Below are positions 1 to 13,540 of a stretch of DNA of 64,000 nucleotides, piece after piece; position 1 is the stretch's first letter; each line of letters starts with the position of its first letter. The notes below the pieces were generated by a model that was not told the DNA's origin, ran no database searches, and worked only from the letters and a program-made list of their open reading frames with translations. The stretch is from Perkinsus chesapeaki ATCC PRA-425. Its lineage: Eukaryota > Protista > Perkinsozoa. Made by a program: the position numbers and the translations under genes. The stretch is from the NCBI GenBank assembly GCA_013115145.1, contig JAAPAO010000070.1:1-64000 (forward strand), read 5' to 3'.

Positions 1-72
<72 letters not shown>
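1..72. repeat. (AAT)24 microsatellite, truncated by the window start
   Basis: Direct reading of the first 72 nt. Confidence 0.95.
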
Positions 73-73
<1 letters not shown>

Positions 74-89
74 TTGAATATTATAATAA

Positions 90-572
90 TTACCTCAATA
101 AACGATAATACAACCAAAACTCCCATTGTTGGAACCATGTTATGCGATCTAAATCAATCATGGGTAATAATAATAATACTGAGAAAATTTTAATACCCTA
201 TACTACTACTATTACTAGTATAACACAACGACAATAATAAGCCACATAACGACATTAAGCACTCGAGGACATTAACATGATGATAAGGTAATGGCAACAA
301 CAATGAAGAATCATGTTACTGTTGCTTGGTTGTTAATATCATGGCTTGAGTAGAGCATAAGCAACAGCAAGAGCAGCAGCAGCAGCAGCACGCAGCAGCA
401 GCTTAGTGAAATAATAATAAGAATGACTATGAATAGACAACGTCCAATGGCAGTAATTGGTAGTATTGAACAACAACAATGTAATAAAACTTGTATAATA
501 ATAAGATACTAAAATAGCTACTATTGATAGCCAGTAGCAATAGGAGAGGGATACCCCTAATAATAATATCAT
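90..572 (-). CDS. Possible 5' part of a hydrophobic/membrane protein gene continuing off the left edge
   Basis: Hydrophobic ORF 339-572 and an exon-like segment (PMIDLDRITWFQQWEFWLYYRLLR) followed by a GTAAT donor that leads into the AAT repeat. No family was recognised. Confidence 0.3.
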
Positions 573-740
573 ACATTATACTTAGATCACGTACTACTTT
601 GTTCTCCACAACTCCATTAATCATCATCCTCATTACTAATATGTTCACTGTTACTATCACTAATAGATGGTATGCCTGCTGCTTCTTCTACTATACCCTC
701 TAAAGGCTGTCTACCCTCTATTGCTGTAGAGGAAGACCTT

Positions 741-3700
741 CTATCTAGACTTGTTGATGTAGTTGTTGTTGCTGGTTGGTGTTGGTTATTGCTAGTTGGT
801 GCATCATTACCCTGACTATCGCTAGAGGACCTTCTCTTCGCCCCCGTCCCTTGGGGTTTCTCATTGGAGCTTCTAGATGATGGTGTTCTATGGCCATCAT
901 CAACCGACTTAGTTTTCCATATCTAATAATAGTAATATAAAAGATACTACCATCAGACTTGGCTATTACTAATGCATTCTCCTCAAGCTGTTGTTTTATT
1001 ATATCGGTCTTATGGCAAGTATCCAGTCTAGTAATAGTCTCTATGAATGGCTAATAATAATAACAACAATAATAATATAACAATAATATATAAACCTACC
1101 CGAACAAGGTAGTCAATGAAGCCCAGCTGTGATTGTGGTAATCTTAAAGTGTCCCTATCACACAATGGTGATACGGTAACTAAAAGTAGTTCGGTGTGAT
1201 CGACGGTGTTAGAGAGCTGTTGGTTGTTGTTTATTACTTCCAAGTTCCTTCTCTCTATCTCCTTGTCTAAAGAACTCCTCTGTAAGCCTAAGTGATAGTT
1301 CATAATGTTGTTCCCAAGGTAGGCATGTATGCCCTATATCAGCCGCCTAGTAGCAGTATTATTCAAATATTATCATGCTTTGCTGCTAATGGTTAACATT
1401 ATATTACTTTAATACATGCCTTAAGGATTAATATACGATCATCTTCATTACTACTCTTACTAAGTGAGCTCCTATATCAAACACTAACAACTACCACCAT
1501 ATACTACCAAAAGCTACTACCTAAACTCCGGATCACCAAGCAAAAGGCGTAGGTCTGCTGTAATGGCAAAATGCTTAGTCATATCCGTTGCTAATATAAG
1601 TTCAACTATAAGATTCCTAATAACAATACGACTACCACAGCCAACAGCCACGACAACAACAACAGCAGCAGCTAGTACCTAAATCGTTTCTTCTCTTCCC
1701 TAGTTAAACTATTTATTATATTGCATTCAGGTATGTCCCTCATTACTTCAAATGCTGTAGCTACGTGATATTGTTCTAAAACTGACCTATCATTATACCT
1801 AAGTTGGGGGAAATACGGTATGATAGTAATAAGATGATTTACTACCTAATAGCCAGTGCATCCGATGTCTCAACATAGAATGTATTATTTAATCCTCTAT
1901 GTCCAACATCATGGCAAACACATGCTATCAAATAGGCACTATGATCCAGACCACTAAGGTTTACACCAGATGCAGTTAAGAGATATTCACCATGAGACGT
2001 GACCTGATAACATCATCATCATCATCTACAGCTTATACAATAATATACGTATACAGTACTCTGTGTGTTTTGGTTTTGGTAAAATAACACTGACAATAAT
2101 AATACCTGTGTATTACCTGTGATGCATGTAATTGATTATGATATTCAGCTGAGGTATATATCCCAGATATCTTAGTTAGGAAATTATGTAAGGTACTCTC
2201 ATCAGTTTTTAATGATGTTATAGCCATATCAGATAGTAACTAATAACAACCCAATAACAACCATACAGTCCCCCCTTTACCGTTCATTGCCTACTTCACT
2301 GCCTATTAATGGTAATATAGGCATGCTTGGTAAATGTACTTCCTGTAGCTGTACAAGATCTAGATTAAAGTCCTTTCCAGCTCTATTTAACATTGATAAC
2401 GTAATCTCAGTAGCCTCTGCTATATGATGTATACTCTTACTAGATGATACTAAAGAAAGGGGACAGCAAATGCCAGTATGGACACATACTATCATCAATA
2501 CATGAATCCAGTGGTGGTAAGAAGGTTGAACCTCTCCCAAGCTTAGGGGCCTGATTCTGGTTTAATACCTATGAGCCACTCTTATTAATAACTCCCTCAC
2601 TATCTATAACGACTATTACCTGATACATATAATCCATAAACTCATGCCCCCCTCCTTCAGATCCATCATCAGATCCATCACTTGTATCCATTTTAAAGAC
2701 CTAATAACCATTACATCCCCTCTAATAATCCAGATATTCCTCCCTCCCTCCCTACCACTCTATCTATTGCCGATCTCCTAGACAGTATCTTAGCTGAATC
2801 CTTTATCAATGATATAGCCTAATATATAACATACGGCTCGATAGTTAAAGTAGTAGCAGTACCTCTCTAATTTGATTAGCCTCCTCTGCATCCCTAGTAA
2901 ATGACTCAGTCCTTAATACCCCACTAGCCCTCCTAAACGACTCCCTTCTCTTAATACCACCACCACGTGTATCATTATTATCTCTCTGTTGCAACCGCAA
3001 GCCTAAAAATGCTACAAAATACAAACCATTCAACTAGAACAAATTTAATACTGAAGTTATCAAGTAAGCTCAATGCAGATCCTATGTCTGCAAATGCCTT
3101 CTCAAAATTAGTGGTAGGGCCATCGGTGTCGCTCAGTGACTTTACGGTATGCTCTAGGACCTTTATTTTACGTACAGATATATTAAATGATACAAACTGT
3201 TCTCTAGTACTCCTTTCCAAACTAACTTTACCTAAAAGTAGTAATATAGATAATATATAAAATGAATCATTACCGGATATAACCATAACAACCAGTATTA
3301 TTAACATAAGACTCTGGGATAGAGGGTTATCAGTCTCTGGTAGACCTAGTATTAGACTACTACCACCATACCTTAGAGAGAGTGTCAGTAATAACAATAT
3401 AATAAAGATACTTACGACATGCAGATGCTAACTGCTAAGAATGATAGCAGACGTACACGTGTAGAGGTCCAGACACAGAAATAACTAAAAAATATGAAGT
3501 AGAGGATGGTGGCTGGCTGTGGTTATATATGGATTATGTTATTACGTCATTATACCATTAAGGATAAGTAGGAGGTCTGCATCACTAGAATAGGGTAAGG
3601 AATCAGGATCTAGATCCTTGCCAAATGGCTAAAGGGGAATAGAACGATAGTTAAAACGGGAGGAGGAGGAGGTTACTACCAATATAGGGTCATCATTAAA

Positions 3701-4565
3701 TATTTTGGCACATCTCCATCTATTACCAAATAACACCCCTACCCATATACCAACATTTAACCATACCTGGCTATATACCTAATCATAATAATCTTTAAGT
3801 GGCTATAATAGTTGGCTAATTCCTATTACTTCAAAGTGGAATGTACCGACCTTTTGCCGGTATTTTACACAGATTAGTAGCATAATAGCACTGGAAAGCA
3901 TCTGATATAATATTAATACCACTACTACTAGTTATAATAGTTATACATGATATATCCATGATAGGTTAAAGAATATATTAGGCGTAGTATGCCATTGTGT
4001 TATATAGGGTGTTGAAGCAAACCATTCAGAGAATGCTAAGGAATAGGCTGAATACCTAACATAAGATATGACAAAGTGGTGAAGTAATAGTAGTAGACTA
4101 TATTACGTGAATAGGGCAGCAGCCATGGGTATTATCCTAGCCCTTAAAGTAGGGTCTACAACGGCTTTAACGTATCTTTGGTAATAAACTGTATAGAGCT
4201 AGTTTACTAATAATTTTACTGTTGTTCTATATCATCATTATCAAACCTCATCAAGCCTTTAGTTATATTAACCATCTCAAATGCTACCTATAATGGTTAT
4301 ATTATACCAAACTTCCCACAACATTCCTTACCACTTCCTGTTGTACTTGTTCTACCCTCATATATTCCCTATCTAAGGACTCCACCTATAAAACATTTCT
4401 ATTACCAGCCACCTCTAACATGTCTGTTACCCTTATTGGCCCAGACTTGCTCGATTCCAAGGGGACCTCAAGTACACCTTCCCCATCACTAAGTGGTAAA
4501 GGATCCATTACTTCTAGTGTAGATTCAGCGTTAGGCATTATTGAGGTGAGCTCAGTTAAGTTCAT
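741..4565 (-). CDS. Class I 3',5'-cyclic nucleotide phosphodiesterase with N-terminal transmembrane region (alveolate type), multi-exon
   Basis: Spliced motifs YHNQLHASQV (about 2100), ACVCHDVGHRGLNNTFYVETSDALAIR|YNDRSVLEQYHVA (about 1760-1930) and terminal LEENAL|IWK. The TM segment followed by GKVSLERSTREQF is in ORF 2978-3397. Stop TAG is at 743-741 and the putative ATG at 4565. Confidence 0.9.
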
Positions 4566-4843
4566 AAACCATATCTAACAACATAATGCATCCAATAGCA
4601 ACCGCGGCAATTTCCAATGTTGCACCGATTTCCAGGGCACGCGCTTTTAATTCGAATATACGAGGCAAAATAGACAAATTATGGTGAGACAATTTTTTTG
4701 GATTTTGGTGTGATGGAAAGCAAGTCTATAAGAGCCCCTATGGCAAGCATGGAGGACCTTATAAGAGGGTTCATAGGAAAGTAGAAGATATAGGCTGTGT
4801 GGAGGATAAATTATCATATAGGTCCAGTAAGGGAGATGCACGA

Positions 4844-7800
4844 ATGAAGCTAAGATACGATTGGGTAGGCAAAGGAGGTGAAGTTAGATCTTATCTTATA
4901 GCAGATGTTGGTATTAACAATACCTAATGATAGTCATAAAGGAAATATAACAGAAAAGGAGGCATTACTATTGTAAGGAATATAGATAACACTTTAGTCC
5001 AAGTTAACCTAAAGATACGCTAAGTGTTTTCAAGGAGAGGAGGTATTAGAAATGGGACAATCACGTCAGAAGGAGCAATTACAACTAGAAAAGACAGCAT
5101 TTGTGATATACCAATCTGTGGTTTATTATCGTAGCAATATCCTCTAGCTACAAGCATTCCGTCAATTACCATGTGAAGGTCAGACAGTAGCTTGGAAAGA
5201 TACGCTGGAGCTTTTTAGGAATGTAACCAATGACTATATTGCAGAGTGTGTTAATTGATATATAGGTAATAATAACTAAGCTTTATCTTCACTGTGGGTT
5301 AGAGGTATCATTTGCTGGGTATGCTAATAGTGGCAAGACATCTATACTTGTTGTAATAGTATGTAGTAGTGTAGTAATAGTAATAGTCTAGTAGGTTAGT
5401 AGTACAGTAGAAGCGTTAATGAGGGAAGCTGATAGAAGTGGATTCCCTACAGAGTTGAGTAGGAGGCTTACTGACCCAGAGAGCTTAGAACCATGTAGAG
5501 TGATGACCAGAGGTTGTCTCATATTATTCAAAGGTTGCCCTATAACATATACACCATTGTCACATTATTATCTACTCATACCAGAAATACCTGATAAAGA
5601 TGTCCTTCATGCCTTCACCGAGGTATATGCCCTGCAGTGGGGTTAGTACTCTACTATAGATTGTAGGTAGTTAAAGCATTCGATGCTTCCCCTGTAGAGA
5701 TAAAGCACCGTTATCAAGCAGAACTAGACTTGTATAACTCAATATACACTTCAGTGATGGCAAAGCTAGAAAGGGAAGGTGACTCAATAAAGCTGGCTTG
5801 GGTAGTAGTAATGGTGATAGGTAGGGAGGATGAGGAGGAGGGTAAGGATGAACATAGCCCTAGTAATGAGGCATGGCATATTTATAATTTTGGACGAGGG
5901 AGAGTGACAAAGGGGATAACAGCTAAGTTGGTGAAGGAATATTATATAAGGTTATATAGTAGGGATAGTGGTAAAGTATGAAGCAGCAGCAGCAGTAGTA
6001 CAGATATCTACAACTAAGGGCTATACATGGATTGGGTATGCATCCAAGAGATAATCTAAGGATTATTAATGATGAATATGGTATTGATAACAATACAATA
6101 AATACATTATTGCACCATAGAAGGATGGTGAGATAGTATAACAGTAGTTATATTATTATTATTTATATATAGACCGGAGGAGGTCACTATGGTGGTGGCA
6201 GGCAGCATGAAGCTATACTTTATAACCTTTGGAGTGGTATAGGATTACGGTGCCCGTTACCAGCATATAGGGGTTATGAGGCTGGAATGGTAGTAATAAG
6301 GAAGGGGTTATTGATGTAAAGGTATAATAGGACCCTAAAATATGGCGTATGCATCCAACAAGGGTTAATGATTCTACAGGTAGTAGGGATAGTGATGGTT
6401 ATTATCATTGGTAATGTTAGTATTAGGTGAAGGGTATTATGAGCTACATTGCCCATGGGAAGGTATACAAAGGATTAAGTTAGTTGATAATATTATAAGA
6501 AGGCAACTTAATATTGATAACTTAATAGATGCTGGTCATATAATACCCGGGAGATAATGGTATAGTATTATAGGAGTAGGTATAATAAATAATATATTCC
6601 CATTGGATGATAGAAGTAAACTATATATGGATGATACATCAAGTACTACTATCATATACCTCCTCCCCTTTAACACCACCCCTATCAGCAGCATCAGCAC
6701 CCTCTATATTAGCAACATGTTGGTCTATACCTGAACATGTGCAATCTATTGTAGCAAGGATAAGGTAGTACTATTATATATTACTGAATACTGCAGTGTA
6801 GGCTATTTTTTATTGGTAAAGGCAATCCTAGTGTGGAGGCAATCAGAGATTATTATGGTGAAAAGGTTGCCCTTTACTTTGCCTTCCTGTATTACTAGTA
6901 TTATCCTACTTATACATATACCTTTATATTATAAGATACACTCTATGCTGGTGGATACTGTTTCCAGCATTATTTGGTATAATATGTTTTATAATACAAC
7001 AAGTCTATTGGCGGCCTACTGACCCAGCTACCGAACCATTCCGTATTATTATGGACTCTATATATGCATTAACCATAACAGTAGTACCATACATTAGTAA
7101 TAGTTATACTTATTACATAGATCTGGGCTACAGTGTTCCTAGAGGCATGGAAAAGGCGTGAAGCATGGTATACATTACGATGGGGTCAAAGGGTAGAGGC
7201 AGCTGCTAGAGAGCCTTATCGGCCGAGTTTTAAGGGTAGGCAGCAGCAGCAGCAGGGGTATGTTACACTGGTGGTTATAGGTATGCAACGTAGAAGCCCT
7301 GTGGATTATGATGATAATGATATTTATTTTGATAATAAGGTATTACATATATTACATGACCATGACTACTAGTGGACGCCTCATCACAGACTCTGAAAAA
7401 CGCGGCATTGCTGCAACTTGAGATACTCGCCTTCATTGACATCGAAGCAGAGTACTTTAGTGTTAGGTGCGGCTTAGTAGGCAGATTATATCATATACTG
7501 TCATAGCATTAATAGCTGGTATAATGATAACACTGACTGGGTTAATAGGCAAATGGAGATCATATTGGATATCAGTAAAGCCACAGGAAGGTACATTAGC
7601 CAACCTCGTAACAGGGGCCACTACCAGTAGGAAGTATAGTAAGCAAGGAGTATGGGTATTATTATCAGGTTTACAGATGACAGTGTTTAGCTATATAGGG
7701 ACTTGTATGGCCCGGCACTTGAATGATTGGGAGAATTACAGTAGTATTGGTGGTGATAGAGGGAGAGGGAAAATGATATGTCAGAGACTAAGAGGGCATT

Positions 7801-9332
7801 TAATAACAATCTTATATATAAAACATTTATATTTGAATTCATTAATAGATTTAATGTGTAATATATTATCAACAGCTTTAAAGGCCTCATATAGGCACTT
7901 GGTAGGTAGGTACTTCTATATAGCATTTGTTAAAGCATCAATAGAGGGCTGTATAGAGAGAGTTGAGCTACCAGGAAGAGGAGGAGGAGGGTCACAGTTG
8001 ATAACAGTAAGGTGAGCTAGGGCGTAGGAGGGGTATAGGATACTGTTGTAGGTTAATGCTGGGTCTACTCATAGGAATTGTCTCCATGAATTATCAAGCC
8101 AATTACAGACTATATTATTGATAGAGATAGCTAAGAATATAATAGAACTAGCAAAGCCTATGATATTGTAAATGGGAAGGAGAGAGTAAGGTAATATAAC
8201 ACAATTGCTGTCTCTATTAGACATAAACTATCCACAATGAAACGGGAGCATTATTACCGTAAGAATAGTACTACACGGTCGGTAGGGGATCCTGAAGGTC
8301 AGCAAGAAGGTAAGCAATATGGTGCTGGGGTTAGAACATGGTCTGTATTACTATTGTAGATTATATATCATGTTGTATAAGGATGGATACTGTGACTGGG
8401 TAGGATTGATGATGCTGTCTATGTGTTATATAGGGTACTGCTGCTTCTGCTCTACAGGCAGGCAACTATACCATTACTGGTGCAGGATGCATTGGATAAG
8501 CCTACCTATGGCTCTACCGATATTGATGGTAATGTTAGCTGTAGTAATAATGTTATAATCATAAGGTACATTCGATGACTATAGTGAAATGGTTACCTTA
8601 TTTGGTTATATGACACTATTCTCACTAGCCTTCCCCTTAGCACCAGTAACATTTATTATTAGTACAGTAACAATTATAACCTTACCTTAGTTGATTGGTG
8701 TGGCACTCACTGCACTTGAGACTAGAGTAGATGGTTTTAAGATGTTTCATCTACTAAGAAGGCCTATACCTACTATAGCTCCTAATATAGGATCTTGGTA
8801 GTAGTAGTAGCATCAAGTATAATGTTATTATACTAATAGCTAAGGTATGATATACTACAGTTAATGTCATGGATATCATCCTTTACTAATGCTGCATTAT
8901 TGGTATGGACATTTAGGATCTTTGATAATGGCGGCGATAACTATTCTAATCTATTCTACTTCGTATGTTGTTCCTTGGTGAATGTCTGAAATGCTATGGT
9001 TAGGTTATCCTTTCTATCAGTATCATTACCTTCAAGCTGGTCATTGCTATATTGGTCATAAATAACGGTATGACTCATACCACACTTCTTTCAATTAGGT
9101 ACCGGATGTACCCCAAGCGGTTAAGGTTGCTCAGGAACATAACAGGTTTATAGCACAGAGAGTGTTTATATTTGATGGGGATGTACCATTTATATAACCT
9201 TCATACCATCATCACCGAATATAGGTCCCCAGAGCCCCTAGAAAAGTGGATGAGGTAGAGTACACTATATCAAAGGATGTTACTATGGCATATAGAGATC
9301 CTTCCGACTTCGGATGCAGTATTGCTAAGTAA
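4844..9332 (+). CDS. Anoctamin/TMEM16 family protein (channel/scramblase), multi-exon; start approximate
   Basis: IRDYYGEKVALYFAFL (about 6840-6890), FLEAWKRREA, LNDWENY, DDYSEMVTLFGYMTLFSLAFPLAP (about 8575-8645) and ETRVDGFKMFHLLRRP. Confidence 0.92.
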
Positions 9333-9443
9333 CGATGTTAAGCCTACCAATAGACACTACTACTATCATTATTATTAGGTTAACTGCCAATCATAAAAGA
9401 ATTAATAAAGTGGTGTCATCATCCTCTTGAATAGACTGAGGGC

Positions 9444-11201
9444 ATGTTACCGCCATGTTACTGCTTTGATGCTTTTCATTCATTTATTATGATGTTACGT
9501 TATCTAATAGAACCTATCATTTACAGCAGTACTTCCACCACCTTTATGGTAGTAGCCCCCTCCTCCTCCTCCTCTTCCTCCTCGTCCTTATCTACTGGTG
9601 GTAACCTACTCCGTGATACCTCCGATTGGCGTGTGTTGTTGTGGGTATGGTTATATTTTCATATAACATATCTGAGTTGGGTATGGCATCCAGTAATGAC
9701 ATATCCTACTGTAAGAAGGAGTATCTCTTATCATATTCCTTTTGCTATTGTATGCTATGTATATCAGATATGTGTAGCATTCCTATTGTGTTGTTATTTC
9801 TCATTTGCTGGCTCTACCATAACCCATAATACTATGCACTGCAAAGTAATGATAACATCATCACTATCACCTGGTTACAGTATGTAGTGGTTTATCAGGT
9901 ATTCTACAATGATAACCTCAATCGTATCTTCCAATGCATTCTCAGTCTTACCTATGGCCATCCTGTTAGTAATACCTCAGTTCCACCATCCCCCCGCATT
10001 AACCGCCACTATCATAATCAGGCACCTTTGTTCCGGGACATAACCTTTCCCATCATAGATATACCCAGTTACGTATGGATCCAATGAGAACATCTAAATT
10101 AAGGTATAACCACAATCATAACCACCAGCATTTCCCCACCGCTCTAATAAAAAGGTATACCTGGAATTTTCTCAACGGTTTGCTATTCCAGCCAACAGTT
10201 GCTGGTGACGTCTTCAAGGCTGATATAAGGTAGATGAAGCCATTAGTGTATCTTGCTGCTTACTATCAACTAGGTATATCCTAGTACAGAGGGATAATGG
10301 TAGACAATACTATGTTAATGCTGTAAGAGAGGCATCAACTGTTATATGTGTATCATTGGCATTGGCTATACTAGACTGGAGGAGATTCCTTATATATTTT
10401 TATGTAACTCTTTCTTTATGCTTCTTAACTGCTAATATACTTTCGGATAGATACCACATTTTTTCGCTCAATGGGCAATTGTCGGTATGAATATGTTACA
10501 GCATGATGGTTGTGATGTGGTAAAGTGTATAAATGTATCATCTCCCCTATTATCACTATTAGGTTGATTATCATGACCAGAAACACAACTACAATGGTTC
10601 ACGTAACTTTGTAGGATATTGGCTTAACTACCTTACCTTCAATAACGGATACCATTCTATACATCACCTGTAGCATTACCATACTTTAACCATCAATAAC
10701 TCTATTATTGCTGCTTATTAGTTACCCTAAAATGCATTGGTCTAGATTGCCTTGCGAGCATGATAAACAGATAAAGCCACATATACATCCACAACTAGAT
10801 CAATCAAGTACGTAGTTTCTATACCAAATTTCACCCTAATCTTATCCTAAGGTATGGGTACCTATATCTTTGAGGCGTTCATCTATCCTGGTATTCGTTT
10901 ACGGTATGATGGCAAGCCTGTTGATATAGACTGTAAGGGGCAGCAGCAGCAGCTTTATTCTTATTAGGTGTGTACATTGTTATTAGGTACTAAGCCAGAT
11001 GATCCTGATGAGGATTGGGTAGTACAATACTACCCTAAGGGCAAGTCATTTGATGATTATAATGTTACTAAGATGGACGTAAGCTGATAATACCTGTTTA
11101 ATTCATCCGTAACTTCATTTTAGGTACTTAAAGCCGCTCTTAGAGTCCTACCATTTAAGGTGTTTTGCCCTACATATTCACCAGTAACAAAGGTCGACTA
11201 G
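9444..11201 (+). CDS. Membrane-bound fatty acid desaturase family protein, paralog 1 (no cytochrome b5 domain); start approximate
   Basis: Three His boxes after splicing: THNTMH, GHNLSHH and NNGYHSIHH, plus FAQWAIVGMNMLQHDGCD. The protein ends ...CPTYSPVTKVD-stop. Confidence 0.85.
10290..10630 (+). repeat. 341-bp segment nearly identical to 17072-17412
   Basis: Base-by-base comparison shows 4 substitutions (10410, 10439, 10510, 10545) and no indels. The segment includes two introns. Confidence 0.95.
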
Positions 11202-11828
11202 GCCACATAATAGGGCAACTTACACATGAAGAAGAAGAAGAATGATAAGATTATCCACCTACAATCCATCACTGACGATGATAACAGCTTCTTATAATAA
11301 AAGGCGTGATTTAGCCCTTTTCCTAACAAGAGCGTGTCTTCCTTGGCACATCCTGGCACTACGTGTAATTTGTGTATTTTTATCATCTATATCATATTGT
11401 GTTAACAAGGTCTCATAACCGTATTGTTATTATCACCTTCTTTCGAGGATGAACGCCCCGACCAGGAATTGAACCTGGGCATTAACATTGTGTGAAATGA
11501 CTCTTTTACGTATCTAAAACGCAATGCTATACACGGCAGCAGCAGCAGTATCAGTTATGAGGGTATGATGTACTCGAGTATGTTATCTAGTTGTTCGGGT
11601 TGAAATAGAAAATATCTCAGTCTTCTCGTTACTATTGCTTTGGTTTAAGCACCATATCCTACCGCTCTATCTGCTACATAAAGCGATTCTTGCCATCGTG
11701 TGCGAAGTAGGTGTAGGTGGAGTGTGGCTAGGGGCGGCTCTCACTGGATCAACAAGAACAACATAGATATATAATTTCATTAATACCAGCAGCAGCAGCA
11801 CGTGCATTATTATTGTTATTTTAATTTA

Positions 11829-13420
11829 ATGGCAACATTAGATTTCCAAGGCCTTCTTAAACAAGCAAGAGCTGATAGGCAAAAAGAAAGAGAAGGTAAG
11901 AGTATCATACCAAAGAGGACTTCACCTCAACACGTATGGAATCTTATAATGCGATATAGAGGTTATGAATACCTTTGTAAAAGTGATGATAACAACAATA
12001 ACAACAATGATAATAACAACAATGGTAAGAATAAGGAATTCAAGTTTATTATTGAGTATATCTTCAAGGTAAAAATGGCGAAGCTCCAGCTCCTCAGGCG
12101 CCCCAAGCATCACCGATGATTAAGATGCCAATAGTGTTGTGGGATACTCGGACTAAAGAAGAGTTTGATAAATCTCATATAGCCGGGTTTAACAATGTTA
12201 ATACTAGTGAAGAGGCCCAGATGTTCATGGAGCAGCATGATATGATAGATCAAAGGTTACAACATGAGAAATTATTAATAGTAGCTATGACTGATGGCAA
12301 TGAGGAAGGCACTACTACCCTACCAAATCCTATACAATATGCAGCACATCAAGTTAAATCAGTTAATAGGATATATCTCTCAAGAGGAGGCTATAAAGAA
12401 TTTGAGAAACTGTTCCCTATGTTATGTATTGGTGACGAGTGGGCGGGGGATTCTAAGCCTTACGCATATGGCATTTATCCCATATGGTGTGGTGATGGTG
12501 CTATTACTGGTACTATCCTAGATGGCTCTAATAAGGCTCTTTTGAAAGCTATGAAGGTTACATGGATGTTGGATTTGACACCGAATGGTATAAAGGATGC
12601 AAGTGTGATGTATGATTTACACATGCCATCGATAGATCTTAACATGGCTGCTGAATTTATTAACCTTCATTTGGGCAAGATTGGTATGGTGTGCGGTGGT
12701 GATGACTCTGATAGGCTTATGATAGTATTAGCAGCTGATATGCAGTCTAGAGGCTCTACAGTACAGGCGGCAGTAGCAAGAATGATGACAAGACTAGAAG
12801 GTATTTGGTCTGGCCCAACTACTGGACAATGGCAAAAGCTTGAGGACTTCTATGAACGAGTCGTTGTATCACAAAGACGATCACGATCTTCATCATTCTC
12901 ACCTTTGACACTTGAACGAAGGAACTCTATGGAGGAGATGATTATGATGTTACTACCTCAAGTGCAGTTTAGCCCACCTTCCGATGATGTTAAACTGATA
13001 GTTGAACCAACTAAGGTGTCGAATATAAAAGAGATTGTCGATAAGGCTGGACCACGATTGACAGTTGAGGATGCGGCGGCCATCCTCAAAGATTGGCAAC
13101 AGCTTGATATACACAATTTCGAGAAGCTTGTTGATGTGTTGAAGCCTAGGACTACACCAGAGGCCTCACAGCGTTACGTCTTGGCAGCTTTATCATTGTT
13201 TGTACAAAAAGAATATGAAGCTGGCCGCAATATAGTGATATCTGATCATATTAGAGCTGTGCTTCGAGTGTTGGCTGGTTACTGGTTTGAAGAGTCCCCA
13301 TCAGAATTCGAACAAGGGCATGTACAAGTCCCATTACATAGTGATCAGATACCCGCTACTGTTACTGATTGTATACGACCGGCTGTTATAATACTGGGAG
13401 CGTTACCCGAAGAGGAATAA
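11829..13420 (+). CDS. Rhodanese plus dual-specificity-phosphatase-like protein (MKP/MK-STYX architecture), probably a pseudophosphatase
   Basis: Rhodanese-like LWDTRTKEEFDKSHIAG. DSP-like fold VTWMLDLT...AAEFINLH...MVCGGDDSDRLMIVLAADM...WQKLEDFYE. One long exon covers about 12070-13420, preceded by short 5' exons. Confidence 0.65.
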
Positions 13421-13540
13421 ACACACATAGCTTTAATCTTTGTTTCGTCTTAAATACTGATGATAAGATGATATTTTGCGTACTTCTTTCTGGTCTGTGT
13501 TGATTAGTAGTGGTCCTCAAGTTGCTGTTTCGATATCGTT

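Noticed and set aside
1-72. Terminal AAT array as a telomere
   Set aside because: The unit is not a G-rich telomeric repeat, and it appears to lie in an intron of a minus-strand gene.
11454-11540. Functional tRNA gene
   Set aside because: Only the T-arm is convincing. There is no complementary 5' acceptor strand or D-arm, so it is kept only as a low-interest relic.
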